This document shows positions 28,381-38,144 of a stretch of 64,000 nt of DNA, piece after piece. The number at the start of each line of letters is the position of its first letter. Positions within the stretch are counted from its first letter, which is position 1. Both the position numbers and the translations under genes were made by a program. The notes below the pieces were generated by a model. The model was not told where the DNA came from and ran no database searches. It saw only the letters and a list, made by a program, of their open reading frames with translations. The stretch lies in contig JAAFJT010000007.1 of the NCBI GenBank assembly GCA_013298955.1, positions 21,160 to 85,159 on the forward strand, written 5' to 3'. This stretch comes from Chitinophagales bacterium. Its GTDB lineage: Bacteria; Bacteroidota; Bacteroidia; Chitinophagales; Saprospiraceae.

Positions 28381-29409
28381 ATGAAAAAAAATCAAAATAC
28401 GGATGCCTCTAAAAAGGAGCAGAATCAAGAGGATAAACAAGTTGAACGCGCTTTACGTCCGAAAGTCTTGACTGATTTTAGCGGTCAACCTAAAATTGTG
28501 GATAATTTGAAGGTTTTCATTGGCGCGGCTAAAAAACGAGGTGAGGCATTAGACCATGTTTTATTGCATGGCCCGCCCGGATTGGGAAAAACAACGCTTT
28601 CGCATATTGTTGCGAATGAGTTGGGCGCGGCAATGAAAATGACTTCGGGTCCCGTTTTGGATAAACCGGGCGATTTAGCAGGACTTTTGACCAATTTAGA
28701 TAGCGGAGATGTCTTGTTTATTGATGAAATTCATCGTTTGAACACTGTTGTTGAAGAATATTTGTATTCGGCGATGGAGGATTATAAAATTGACATCTTG
28801 ATTGATTCGGGTCCGAATGCGCGCAGTATTCAAATTGCGTTGAATCCATTTACGCTTGTCGGCGCGACAACGCGGATGGGTTTGCTGACCGCGCCGATGC
28901 GAGCGCGCTTTGGCATCACTTGTCATATGGATTATTACGATGTTGAAACGTTAAAAGGCATTATTAAACGGTCTTCAGCAATTTTGAAAGTGGGTATTGA
29001 TGATGACGGTGCGACGGAAATTGCACGTCGGAGTCGGGGGACACCGCGTATTGCAAATGCGTTGTTGCGTCGGACGCGGGATTTTGCGCAAATGAAAGGC
29101 AATGGTAATATTGATTTGGCGATTGCGCAATATGCGTTGACAGCGTTAAATGTGGATGAAAGTGGTTTGGATGAAATGGATAATCGAATTTTATCGGCGA
29201 TTATTCACAAATTTAAAGGTGGACCCGTTGGTTTGACGACGATTGGCACGGCAGTAGGCGAAGAAGCGGGTACGATAGAAGAAGTGCATGAACCCTTTTT
29301 AATCATGGAAGGCTACTTACAAAGAACACCGAGAGGTCGAGAAGCGACTGAAAAAGCCTACAAACATCTCAACGTCGTGTCGCCACAACATAAAACGATG
29401 TTATTTTAA
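28381..29409 (+). CDS. ruvB: Holliday junction branch migration DNA helicase RuvB
   Basis: Walker [11 protein letters not shown], Walker [10 protein letters not shown], sensor regions and a C-terminal winged helix. Confidence 0.95.
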   Translation: MKKNQNTDASKKEQNQEDKQVERALRPKVLTDFSGQPKIVDNLKVFIGAAKKRGEALDHVLLHGPPGLGKTTLSHIVANELGAAMKMTSGPVLDKPGDLAGLLTNLDSGDVLFIDEIHRLNTVVEEYLYSAMEDYKIDILIDSGPNARSIQIALNPFTLVGATTRMGLLTAPMRARFGITCHMDYYDVETLKGIIKRSSAILKVGIDDDGATEIARRSRGTPRIANALLRRTRDFAQMKGNGNIDLAIAQYALTALNVDESGLDEMDNRILSAIIHKFKGGPVGLTTIGTAVGEEAGTIEEVHEPFLIMEGYLQRTPRGREATEKAYKHLNVVSPQHKTMLF

Positions 29410-29464
29410 ATTAGTTGAGCCGAAAAAAATACGTGCTAAAATGTTGATTTTCAAGATAGTATAT

Positions 29465-29493
29465 CGTTTGGAGGGTTTTAAACCCTCCAAACG
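29465..29493. repeat. GTTTGGAGGGTTT-n-AAACCCTCCAAAC hairpin, copy 1
   Basis: CGTTTGGAGGGTTT-t-AAACCCTCCAAACG, 56 nt downstream of the ruvB stop. Confidence 0.85.
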
Positions 29494-29598
29494 GTCTTAT
29501 CAATATAATTGAATCTTTGTTACACTAACGCATAACATTTAGATACTTTTTTCGTTTTGGACTTTTCATTTCAATCAAAAAAATTAATTCCAACTAAG

Positions 29599-29952
29599 AT
29601 GAAATTATTTAAATTTGTAGGATTTGCAGCGTTATTCATGGTTTCGTGCGAAGAAGCACCAAAAACGACCAGTAACCCAGTTAATACAACGCCCGTTGAG
29701 ACAAGAGCAACAACAGGTACGCCTTCTACAACGACAGCATTGCCTATTGAAAATGCAGCACTTCCAAAAGCGGCAGATGATGCTCCAAAAGCGGATGCAT
29801 CCAAAACGGCGGCTGATGCTCCGAAAGCAGTTGATGCTTCTAAAACCGTTGCAGCGATGTACGAATGCCCTATGAAATGCGAAAAGCCAAGTGCCAAAGC
29901 AGGTAAATGTGGCAAGTGCAAAATGGATTTGAAGGCGATTGCTCAAAAATAA
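29599..29952 (+). CDS. lipoprotein with a low-complexity linker and a C-terminal Cys-rich (heavy-metal-binding-domain-like) motif
   Basis: MKLFKFVGFAALFMVSC lipobox. Repeats DAPKADASKT / DAPKAVDASKT. C-terminal YECPMKCEKPSAKAGKCGKCKMDLK resembles the YxCPMH..CxxCGM metal-binding motif. Confidence 0.55.
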   Translation: MKLFKFVGFAALFMVSCEEAPKTTSNPVNTTPVETRATTGTPSTTTALPIENAALPKAADDAPKADASKTAADAPKAVDASKTVAAMYECPMKCEKPSAKAGKCGKCKMDLKAIAQK

Positions 29953-29966
29953 AAAAATAAGTCAGT

Positions 29967-29994
29967 GAGTGGAGGTTTTTAAAATCCTCCACTC
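29967..29994. terminator. hairpin between convergent genes (possible bidirectional terminator)
   Basis: GAGTGGAGG-tttttaaaat-CCTCCACTC. Confidence 0.45.
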
Positions 29995-30009
29995 GCTATT
30001 CGTTCGCGT

Positions 30010-30639
30010 TTACTTTGCAAATTTAGCTCGTAAAACTTCTATCACCATTGGCAATACTGAAACTAAAATAATTCCCAATATTACCAATTCAAAATTATTT
30101 TTAACTAATTCGGTTTGCCCAAAAAGGTAGCCTAACATTGTTAATCCCGTGACCCATAAAATGCCGCCACCAATACAGTAACCAATGTATTTGGGATAAG
30201 ACATTGCGCCAATACCTGCTACAAAGGGCGCGAAAGTGCGTACAATCGGCACAAAACGAGCCATAACAATGGTTTTACCGCCATATTTTTCATAAAAGGC
30301 TTCCGTTTTGGTTAAGTATTCTCGTTTTAAAAACGGAATCTTCATATCAAATAATCGAATACCGATTTTATTTCCTAAAAAATAATTGACATTATCCCCG
30401 ATAATCACTGCTAAAAACATCAATGGAATCGCTACCCATAATTTTAAAACGCCAATTTTAGCAATGGTCGCGCCCACTGCAAATAATAAGGAGTCCCCCG
30501 GCAAAAAAGGGGTTACGACCAAACCCGTTTCACAAAATAAAATTAAGCAAATAATAGCATACGACAACGTGTTGTACTGCGTAAAAAAAGCCTCTACATG
30601 CTTATCTAAGTGTAGGAAAAAATCAATAAACTCGTGCAT
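30010..30639 (-). CDS. DedA family (VTT domain) membrane protein
   Basis: FCETGLVVTPFLPGDSLLF and ARFVPIVRTFAPFVAG motifs. Confidence 0.85.
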   Translation of the reverse strand: MHEFIDFFLHLDKHVEAFFTQYNTLSYAIICLILFCETGLVVTPFLPGDSLLFAVGATIAKIGVLKLWVAIPLMFLAVIIGDNVNYFLGNKIGIRLFDMKIPFLKREYLTKTEAFYEKYGGKTIVMARFVPIVRTFAPFVAGIGAMSYPKYIGYCIGGGILWVTGLTMLGYLFGQTELVKNNFELVILGIILVSVLPMVIEVLRAKFAK

Positions 30640-30858
30640 AGTTATTACGATTTTTGTAAAAAAAGTTGATTTAAGCTGTTTTTTTGTAAAAATTTACGGG
30701 CAAATATACGACAAATCGTATCAAGCAAGTATTTTTACCAAAAATTGATGTACTTTACGGCAAAATTTACCAATTTTAATTATTAATCAAATCAAAATTT
30801 AACACTACTTGAATCCTTTCAAGCGTGTATTGTCGATTTTGTTTATCACTGAGGGGTT

Positions 30859-32211
30859 ATGAATAACATTTTGATTATTGGAGCAGGTCGCTCCTCTACG
30901 GCGTTGATAAATTACGTCCTCGAAAAAGCCAAATTTTATAATTGGTTTGTAACGGTAGCGGATGCGAACCACGAAGTCGCCCTTAAAAAAATTAATGGGC
31001 ATCCCAATGGACGCGGCACTTGGTTGGATGCAACGAAAGTCAATGACCGCCGTGAATTGATTCAACGCGCTGATGTGGTGGTTTCACTCTTGCCGCCGCA
31101 CCTTCATTTTGAAGTGGCGCAAGATTGTATTAAATTAAAACGGCATCTGATTACGGCTTCTTATATTTCAAAACAACTCTATGCGTTAGGCGATGAAGCC
31201 CGTTCTAAAGCATTGATTTTCATGGGCGAAATGGGGCTTGACCCCGGTATTGACCACATGAGTGGTAAACAAAAAATTGATGAAATTATTGCAAAAGGGG
31301 GGCGATTGAAATCATTTCGGTCTTACACAGGCGGTTTGGTCGCGCCTGAATCGGATGATAATCCTTGGCATTATAAGTTTACTTGGAATCCGCGCAATGT
31401 GGTTTTGGCAGGGCAGGGAACGGCGCAATATTTGGAAGAAGGCAAGTTGAAATACATTCCGTATAACAGACTGTTTACGCAATATCGTACCGTCAATGTG
31501 CCTAATATGGGCGAATGGGAAGCCTATCCGAATCGGGACTCGTTGTTATACAGAGAGTTGTATGATTTGGGTCCGATTCCCAATTTATTGAGAGGAACAT
31601 TGCGGCATAAAGGTTTTTGTGATGCTTGGAATGCGATCATTCAAATTGGGTTGACGGATGGCTCTTTTCCGATTTTGGATTCTGAAGAAATCACCTATCA
31701 CGAATTGATGGAATCTTTTGTTTCCAACAAAGCAACAGGTTCTTCGGTCAAGGAAAAAATTGCCAATATGTTGGGCGAACCTTCTGCGGATTCGCCTGTG
31801 ATGCAAAAATTGGAATGGCTTGGTTTGTTTCGGAAGAAAAAATTGCGTATCAAAAGTGCGACTCCTGCGTTGATTTTAGAACAATTATTGTTGGAAAAAT
31901 GGAAATTGAAAGATACCGAGCAGGATATGGTTATCATGCAGCACGAATTTGAATACGAATTGAACCGACAAATGCGGCGATTGACTTCCACATTGGTTTT
32001 GAAAGGAACGGATGGTAATAATACCGCGATGTCTCGATTGGTCGGTTTGCCGATTGGTATTTTTGTGAAATTAGTGATGTTGGGCAAAATTAATTCGATT
32101 GGGGTCAATATTCCTGTATTGAAAGAAGTTTATGAGCCTGTTTTAGAAGAATTAAAAGAATATGGAGTCATTTTTCAAGAAAAAGATGAAGTTCTAAAAG
32201 ATAAGGTGTAG
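30859..32211 (+). CDS. saccharopine dehydrogenase family oxidoreductase (LYS9-like)
   Basis: Rossmann motif ILIIGAGRSS. GLDPGIDHM motif. Confidence 0.8.
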   Translation: MNNILIIGAGRSSTALINYVLEKAKFYNWFVTVADANHEVALKKINGHPNGRGTWLDATKVNDRRELIQRADVVVSLLPPHLHFEVAQDCIKLKRHLITASYISKQLYALGDEARSKALIFMGEMGLDPGIDHMSGKQKIDEIIAKGGRLKSFRSYTGGLVAPESDDNPWHYKFTWNPRNVVLAGQGTAQYLEEGKLKYIPYNRLFTQYRTVNVPNMGEWEAYPNRDSLLYRELYDLGPIPNLLRGTLRHKGFCDAWNAIIQIGLTDGSFPILDSEEITYHELMESFVSNKATGSSVKEKIANMLGEPSADSPVMQKLEWLGLFRKKKLRIKSATPALILEQLLLEKWKLKDTEQDMVIMQHEFEYELNRQMRRLTSTLVLKGTDGNNTAMSRLVGLPIGIFVKLVMLGKINSIGVNIPVLKEVYEPVLEELKEYGVIFQEKDEVLKDKV

Positions 32212-32326
32212 AGCGAATTGAAACGCGGATGACACAGATTGGGCTGATTTTCGCGGATTTTTTGTTGTTTTAAAACAAAAAATCCGCGAAAATCAGCCCA
32301 ATCTGTGTCGTCCGCGTTCCAATTCT
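32209..32326. repeat. CGGAT-family palindromic element, copy D (GAGCGAATTG-terminus subtype); overlaps the stop codon of the upstream gene
   Basis: TAGAGCGAATTGAAACGCGGATGACACAGATTGGGCTGATTTTCGCGGATTTTTT ... mirror image. Confidence 0.9.
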
Positions 32327-32394
32327 ATCCTCACCTCACAGATGATGTATCTGTTTTAATTCTCAAAAACATTTTTTTATTCCAATAGACCCTT

Positions 32395-32402
32395 TATATT
32401 TG
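32395..32402 (+). promoter_or_regulatory. Bacteroidota-type -7 promoter box (TAnnTTTG)
   Basis: TATATTTG lies 37 nt upstream of ATG 32439. Confidence 0.4.
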
Positions 32403-32438
32403 CCGCTTCTTTCATTGATAAACCAATTAATTCAATAG

Positions 32439-33413
32439 ATGAAACTTCAAGAAATCACTGTAACGGGCAAAAAAGCGACTCGGGACGGTTTCGGTGACGG
32501 TTTGGCGGCAGTTGGTCAGACCAATTCAAAAGTAGTTGCCTTGTGCGCCGATTTGGTCGGCTCCCTAAAAATGGATGCTTTCATCAAGGCTTTTCCACAA
32601 CGATTTGTGCAAGTGGGGATTGCGGAAGCCAATATGATGGGCATTGCGGCGGGTTTAGCAACGGCGGGCAAAATTCCTTATACAGGTACGTTTGCCAATT
32701 TTTCAACGGGTAGAGTCTATGACCAAATTCGACAATCGATTGCTTATTCGCATAAAAATGTCAAAATTTGTGCTTCTCATGCAGGTTTAACGCTTGGTGA
32801 AGATGGCGCAACCCATCAAATCTTGGAAGATATTGGCTTAATGAAGATGTTACCCGGGATGACGGTCATCAATCCTTGTGATTATGCGCAAACCAAAGCG
32901 GCTACTATTGCGATTGCGGAACATTATGGACCCGTTTATTTGCGTTTTGGTCGTCCGTCTTGGCCCATTTTTACGACGAATTTGCCTTTTGAGATTGGAA
33001 AAGCATTGCCTTTGACAACAGGGAGTGATGTTACGATTTTGGCAACAGGGCATTTAGTTTGGAATGCTTTGGAGGCTGCAAAACGGTTGGGTTTAGAAGG
33101 AATTAGTTGCGAAGTCATTAATATTCATACGATTAAGCCTTTGGATACAGCGACGATTTTGGATTCTGTGAGCAAAACGCGTTGTGTCGTGACGGCAGAA
33201 GAACATCAACGCAATGGTGGTTTGGGCGACAGTGTTGCGCAATTATTGTCGCGCAAAATGCCGACTCCGATGGAATATGTTGCCGTTAATGATAGTTTTG
33301 GCGAGAGTGGCGACCCAATGGAATTGTTGGATAAATACGGTTTGGGTGTGAAAGATGTGGTGATTGCAGTTCAAAATGTTTTGAAAAGAAAGAAATCGCC
33401 TGTTCTGGTTTGA
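32439..33413 (+). CDS. transketolase family protein, C-terminal (pyrimidine-binding plus C-terminal domain) subunit
   Basis: [16 protein letters not shown] and GEDGATHQ motifs. The length fits the split-transketolase C subunit. Confidence 0.85.
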   Translation: MKLQEITVTGKKATRDGFGDGLAAVGQTNSKVVALCADLVGSLKMDAFIKAFPQRFVQVGIAEANMMGIAAGLATAGKIPYTGTFANFSTGRVYDQIRQSIAYSHKNVKICASHAGLTLGEDGATHQILEDIGLMKMLPGMTVINPCDYAQTKAATIAIAEHYGPVYLRFGRPSWPIFTTNLPFEIGKALPLTTGSDVTILATGHLVWNALEAAKRLGLEGISCEVINIHTIKPLDTATILDSVSKTRCVVTAEEHQRNGGLGDSVAQLLSRKMPTPMEYVAVNDSFGESGDPMELLDKYGLGVKDVVIAVQNVLKRKKSPVLV

Positions 33414-33481
33414 TGCTGTTTAGTTTAGCGTTGAAACCTACTAAACGTTTGGTTTTCAATGGAGTATAACATTTCGTATAG

Positions 33482-33510
33482 CGTTTGGAGGGTTTGAAAC
33501 CCTCCAAACG
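33482..33510. repeat. GTTTGGAGGGTTT-n-AAACCCTCCAAAC hairpin, copy 2
   Basis: CGTTTGGAGGGTTT-g-AAACCCTCCAAACG, 69 nt downstream of the transketolase subunit stop. Confidence 0.85.
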
Positions 33511-33567
33511 TTGTTGTCCATTATTGAAATTTAACTATTTATCAGGAAATTTATTTCTTGACTACTC

Positions 33568-33617
33568 AAAAATAGAAAAGTTGTCTCACCTCAAAGTGTG
33601 GCAACTTTTCTATTTTT
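33568..33617 (+). terminator. 16-bp stem hairpin ending in a T-run
   Basis: AAAAATAGAAAAGTTG-18 nt-CAACTTTTCTATTTTT. Confidence 0.4.
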
Positions 33618-33699
33618 AATCCCTAAATCATTGGAAAATTGTTGTAAACTTGCACAAAAAACGGGCAAATCAAATTTTTTATTTTTAAAATAAAGTAGG

Positions 33700-35793
33700 A
33701 TGAAAAAACGCTTACTGGCGTTTCTAAAAACAATACCCAATATTGCCAAATATTTGACGGCAATGCTTGCAGTGGTAGCATTAAGTTTTCTTTTTCCGAC
33801 TAATGCCAAATTTAAATATCGTTTCTCGGAAGGACAGGTTTGGTTATACGATGACCTTTCTGCGGCAACTGATTTTGCGATTCAGAAATCCAAAAAAGAA
33901 TTGGAAGAAGAAAGAGCATTGTTAGAAAAAGAGTTTTCTCCTTTTTATGAGATTGATTTGGAAGTGATTGCGGAACGCAAAAAAATGTTTCACGCCATGT
34001 TTGAAGAACAATTGAAAATGGCGCGGCGCGATGGTCAATTTACGGATGTGTTGCGAAATGCGTCGAAATATCAAGATTATGGCAGTTATGTAACGGAAAA
34101 AATATTAAAAAAAGGCATTTTAAAACAAGATACGTTTACCAAAAGTAAAGATAAAGACTTCGTTATCAATATTTTACGCGGGAATACGACGGAAAAACAA
34201 ACGTTGCAAAATATCCTCACACCGAATAAAGTTAAAGATTTTCTGAATGATTCTTTAATCAATCGTTTTAAAGAATCTGAATTTTTATATCCTTTATTGG
34301 AATCGGTTTTAACGCCGAATTTGGCGGTCAATGCCGAAAAAACCAAGCAATTGAAATTAGAACAGTTGGATAATATTGCGATTTCACGCGGCAAAGTGGC
34401 AAAAGGGGAGTTGATTGTTGCCAAAAGCAGTATTATTACGCCAAATGTGTATCAAAAATTGTCTTCTTACAAAGAACAATATGAATCGGATAATATTTCA
34501 CATCGAAAATATTATTTGGTATTGACAGGTTATAGTTTATTGACAAGCATTATTTTATTTTTATTTTTGTTGTATTTGCGTTTTCATGCGGCAGATATTT
34601 TTATCAAATTGCGATGGACGTTTTTTTTGATAGCTTGGGTCTTGATGTACGCGTTTTTGACCTATGGCATCAAAGCCGCAGAGATTTTACACCTTTATAT
34701 GGTTCCGTTTTGCATCGCGCCAATCGTCATTCGGAGTTTTCATGGGCGCGAATTGGCAATGGTGACGCATACGGTAATCATTTTAATTATTGGATTGATT
34801 CACGCACCCGGTTATGAATTTATTTTATTACAATTATTGACAGGTTTTGCGGCGATTTTCAGTCGGATGCAAACGCGTTATTGGAGAAATTTTTTCAAAC
34901 ACATCTCGTTTATAACCTTAATATATGGACTTAGTTACCTTTGTTTATCGCTGATTGAGGAAAGTAATTTAGGCAGCATCAATTGGACTGTTTTTATCTG
35001 GCTGTCTTTAAATGGTTTTTTAATGCTTTTAGCCTATCCGTTAATTCCATTATTTGGCAACTTTTTTGGATTTGATTCTGACATTGCGTTAGCCGAATTG
35101 TCGGATTTGAATCATCCGTTGTTAAAATCCATGAGTTTAAACGCGCCCGGAACGTTGCAACATTCGCTTCAAGTAGCGAATTTAGCAGAAGCGGCGGCAA
35201 CGGTTATTGGTGCAAATGCGTTATTGGTCAAAGTCGGTGCGCTGTATCATGATGTGGGCAAAACGCTTAAACCGATGTATTTTATTGAAAATCAATCTGG
35301 TACGAATTTGCATAATCAATTATCGGCGTTAGAAAGTGCGCATATTATTTTGGAGCATGTGACAGAAGGTGTGAAATTGGCGCGTAAAAATGGGTTGCCT
35401 GAAATTATTATTCAATTCATTCAAACGCATCATGGAACGACTTTGGTAGAGTTTTTTTATAACAAACATATGAAAGAAGGAGGGGATGCGGTGAAAGATA
35501 AATCCAAATTTCAATATGTGGGACCCTTGCCGCATACGCGGGAACAAACGATTTTAATGCTTGCCGATAGTTTGGAGGCGGCGGCGAAAAGTTTACGAGA
35601 AAAAACAGGCGAAAATATTGACCAATTAACAGAACGCATCATTGCTGAAAAAATCGCACATGGGCAATTAGCAAATTCGCCGTTGACTTTTGAAGCATTG
35701 GAACAATGTAAGGCTGTTTTTAAAACGACTTTGAAAAGCATTTATCATGTACGCGTTGAATATCCAAGCGATAAGACGAATCCTATCGCGTAG
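33700..35793 (+). CDS. HDIG/7TM-HD membrane phosphohydrolase (PgpH-like)
   Basis: N-terminal extracellular domain, 7 TM segments, and an HD domain (LQHSLQVANLA, GALYHDVGK, HHG). Confidence 0.85.
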   Translation: MKKRLLAFLKTIPNIAKYLTAMLAVVALSFLFPTNAKFKYRFSEGQVWLYDDLSAATDFAIQKSKKELEEERALLEKEFSPFYEIDLEVIAERKKMFHAMFEEQLKMARRDGQFTDVLRNASKYQDYGSYVTEKILKKGILKQDTFTKSKDKDFVINILRGNTTEKQTLQNILTPNKVKDFLNDSLINRFKESEFLYPLLESVLTPNLAVNAEKTKQLKLEQLDNIAISRGKVAKGELIVAKSSIITPNVYQKLSSYKEQYESDNISHRKYYLVLTGYSLLTSIILFLFLLYLRFHAADIFIKLRWTFFLIAWVLMYAFLTYGIKAAEILHLYMVPFCIAPIVIRSFHGRELAMVTHTVIILIIGLIHAPGYEFILLQLLTGFAAIFSRMQTRYWRNFFKHISFITLIYGLSYLCLSLIEESNLGSINWTVFIWLSLNGFLMLLAYPLIPLFGNFFGFDSDIALAELSDLNHPLLKSMSLNAPGTLQHSLQVANLAEAAATVIGANALLVKVGALYHDVGKTLKPMYFIENQSGTNLHNQLSALESAHIILEHVTEGVKLARKNGLPEIIIQFIQTHHGTTLVEFFYNKHMKEGGDAVKDKSKFQYVGPLPHTREQTILMLADSLEAAAKSLREKTGENIDQLTERIIAEKIAHGQLANSPLTFEALEQCKAVFKTTLKSIYHVRVEYPSDKTNPIA

Positions 35794-35797
35794 GTTT

Positions 35798-35946
35798 AGG
35801 ATACAATTGGAACACGGATGACGCGGATTTTCGCGAATTTTTAACCTTGCATAGATTTTTATTTTTATAATAGATTAAGATTCAAAAATAAAAAAAATCC
35901 GCGAAAATTCGCCCAATCCGCGTCATCCGCGTTCCAATTGTATCCT
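35798..35946. repeat. CGGAT-family palindromic element, copy E (left arm internally truncated)
   Basis: AGGATACAATTGGAACACGGATGACGCGGATTTTCGCG ... AATCCGCGAAAATTCGCCCAATCCGCGTCATCCGCGTTCCAATTGTATCCT. It starts 5 nt after the stop codon. Confidence 0.85.
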
Positions 35947-36138
35947 AATTTTCCAAAGTAGAAACGCTGAGGAGTTTTAAAGTCAATCATTTAAAAAAAA
36001 TAATTTAAAAAACATAAATTATTCTAATTTAATGCAAAACATATGAATTTTATTATAAATATATTTCAAATGATATGGAATCCCATTGACCAAATCATTG
36101 GAAACGCAATGAATTTGCTCACAAGTCGCCTAAAAAAG

Positions 36139-37758
36139 ATGGATTTATATTTGATAAAATCATTTATACCTCCTTTTTTTGTGGCTTTTTGCATTGCTTT
36201 ATTCGTGTTAGTGATGCAATTTTTATGGGTTTATATCGACGAAATCATGGGAAAAGGACTGACCTTTTTCGAGTTGACCGAATTGGTTTTCTACCTTTCG
36301 ATGACCATGGTTCCGAATGCCCTTCCGTTAGGCGTATTGATTTCGAGCGTCATGGTTTTAGGGAATTTAGCAGAACGATACGAATTGGCGGGTTTAAAAT
36401 CAGCAGGCATTTCCTTGACACGTATTATGCTGCCGTTAGCGATAACCGCTTTTTTGATTGCTTGCGGTTCTCTTTTTGTGTCTGATAGGGTGATTCCTTG
36501 GGCAAATTTGCAATTTCACTCTCGTTTTTACGACATTCGCAAGGCAAAACCAACCCTTGCCTTTGAAGAAAATGTGTTTAATGACGAATTTCAAGATTAT
36601 ACCATGCGCATTGGCAAAAAAAGTGCGGATGGCAGGCAATTGAAAGATGTGATGATTTACGGGAATCAAAGCAGTGGGAATGCCGATTTGGTCAATCAAA
36701 TCATGGCAAAACAAGGCGAAATGTTCACTACCAAAGACCGTCAATATATTGTTATGAACCTCCAAGATGGGGTTCAATACCAAGAAACGATGAATAATAG
36801 AGATGGCGTAAAACATTATCCTTTTGTTAGAATCAAATTTAAATCATGGCAAAAAATATTTGATTTAACCCAATTTGAACGCCAAAATACCAATCAAGAA
36901 TTGTTTAAAGGACATCAAAAAATGCTTACGACCACTCAATTGGGCAAAGCCATTGATTCGATTGAACAAGTTGGGATTGGTGGACGGTGTATGGAATTGA
37001 AAGTCAATACTTTAGATTATTATCGGGCTTTCAAACGCAAAGCGGGTTCGGCTGAAAAAGCTGCGCCGAGTTCAGGGGGCGGTGTCGTTTCAACGGTTAA
37101 CACGATGTCTTCGACCACCGCAATAGACACCGCGAAGGCAAAAGCAAAACCTTCCAAGATTCAGCACATAATGGATTCGATGTCTAATAGTCGCTTATCA
37201 GAAACGCCTTTTTCAAAAATTGGAGCTACGGCGGTAGCGAATACGCCACTCGTGAAGCCTTCTAAATGGTATGTTGCGCAATTTGATTCCATTGATTTGA
37301 TTCCGTCCGACCAAAAAGGAGGGGTGCGCAATCGGGCGGACTCGTATATACGCGGCGTGCAAAGCAGTATTGAATCGACCTTGCAATCGTTGTCGATTAC
37401 GAGTAAATCGTTGTCCAAATTTATCTATGAATTGCATTTGAAATACAGTATTGCCGCAATTTGCTTTATTTTCCTGTTTATTGGTGCGCCGATGGGGGCA
37501 ATTGTGCAAAAAGGGGGCTTTGGTTATCCGATTTTGGTGGCGATATTCTTTTTTATGTTATACATGATTGCAATGATTTATTGCAAAAATTTGAATGATG
37601 TGCAAGCCGTACCTGCGATTTGGGCGGCATGGATTCCGTGTTTGGTGATGTTGCCGATGGGCTGCATTTTAACTTGGCGAGCGATGAATGATTATAAAAT
37701 CCTGCAAATCGATTTTACCAAATGGATTCCAAAACGATTTAGACAACCAACGGTGTAG
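36139..37758 (+). CDS. LptF/LptG family permease (YjgP/YjgQ) with a long periplasmic insert
   Basis: MDLYLIKSFIPPFFVAFCIALFVLVMQFLW is typical of LptF/G. The C-terminal TM triplet is present. ATG 36139 is preferred over the upstream ATG 36043. Confidence 0.75.
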   Translation: MDLYLIKSFIPPFFVAFCIALFVLVMQFLWVYIDEIMGKGLTFFELTELVFYLSMTMVPNALPLGVLISSVMVLGNLAERYELAGLKSAGISLTRIMLPLAITAFLIACGSLFVSDRVIPWANLQFHSRFYDIRKAKPTLAFEENVFNDEFQDYTMRIGKKSADGRQLKDVMIYGNQSSGNADLVNQIMAKQGEMFTTKDRQYIVMNLQDGVQYQETMNNRDGVKHYPFVRIKFKSWQKIFDLTQFERQNTNQELFKGHQKMLTTTQLGKAIDSIEQVGIGGRCMELKVNTLDYYRAFKRKAGSAEKAAPSSGGGVVSTVNTMSSTTAIDTAKAKAKPSKIQHIMDSMSNSRLSETPFSKIGATAVANTPLVKPSKWYVAQFDSIDLIPSDQKGGVRNRADSYIRGVQSSIESTLQSLSITSKSLSKFIYELHLKYSIAAICFIFLFIGAPMGAIVQKGGFGYPILVAIFFFMLYMIAMIYCKNLNDVQAVPAIWAAWIPCLVMLPMGCILTWRAMNDYKILQIDFTKWIPKRFRQPTV

Positions 37759-37966
37759 AGCGAATTGGAACGCGGATGACGCAGATAGGGCGAATTTATA
37801 CATTGCGGCGGGTGGTTTTGGATACAATTGGAACGCGGATGACGCAGATAGGGCGGATTTTCACGGATTTTTTTAAAAAAAAACAAAAAATCCGTGAAAA
37901 TCCGCCTATCTGCGTCATCCGCGTTCCAATTTATATCCTTCGTAGTTTCAATTTATATCCTTCGTA
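37756..37966. repeat. composite CGGAT-family locus (copy F): an orphan left arm, then a complete element, then an 18-nt flank duplication
   Basis: Orphan left arm at 37756-37795 (GAGCGAATTGG type). Full element at 37813-37937 (GGATACAATTGG type). CAATTTATATCCTTCGTA occurs twice (37927 and 37949). Confidence 0.85.
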
Positions 37967-38004
37967 ATTTTAGTTAAAAGTTCCATCTTTTTTTAATCTT
38001 TTTT

Positions 38005-38012
38005 TAACTTTG
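38005..38012 (+). promoter_or_regulatory. Bacteroidota-type -7 promoter box (TAnnTTTG)
   Basis: TAACTTTG upstream of yidC. Confidence 0.3.
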
Positions 38013-38144
38013 CGTGTTTTTTGCAACCACTGTGTTCAATCTGGTCAGACCAAGCAATTTTTGGTTGCAATCTTGTTAGTTCTGCTGAAGACTAATTGAT
38101 TGTCAATTTATTACAAAGTTAATTTTTTATTTATCCTTTCAATA

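Noticed and set aside
28166-28384. Short ORFs running through palindromic elements (also 28188-28370, 37688-37967, 42485-42685, 44691-45019, 54029-54262, 56504-56761, 9268-9465)
   Set aside because: Their peptides (..NWNADDADWANF.., ..RMTQIGRIFTDFF.., ..IRENPPNLRHPRSN..) recur on both strands wherever the repeat occurs, which makes them translation artefacts of repeat DNA.
32439-33413. Orphan transketolase C-terminal subunit without the N-terminal subunit gene next to it
   Set aside because: The partner gene may simply lie elsewhere in the genome. This cannot be evaluated from this window, and the ORF itself looks intact.
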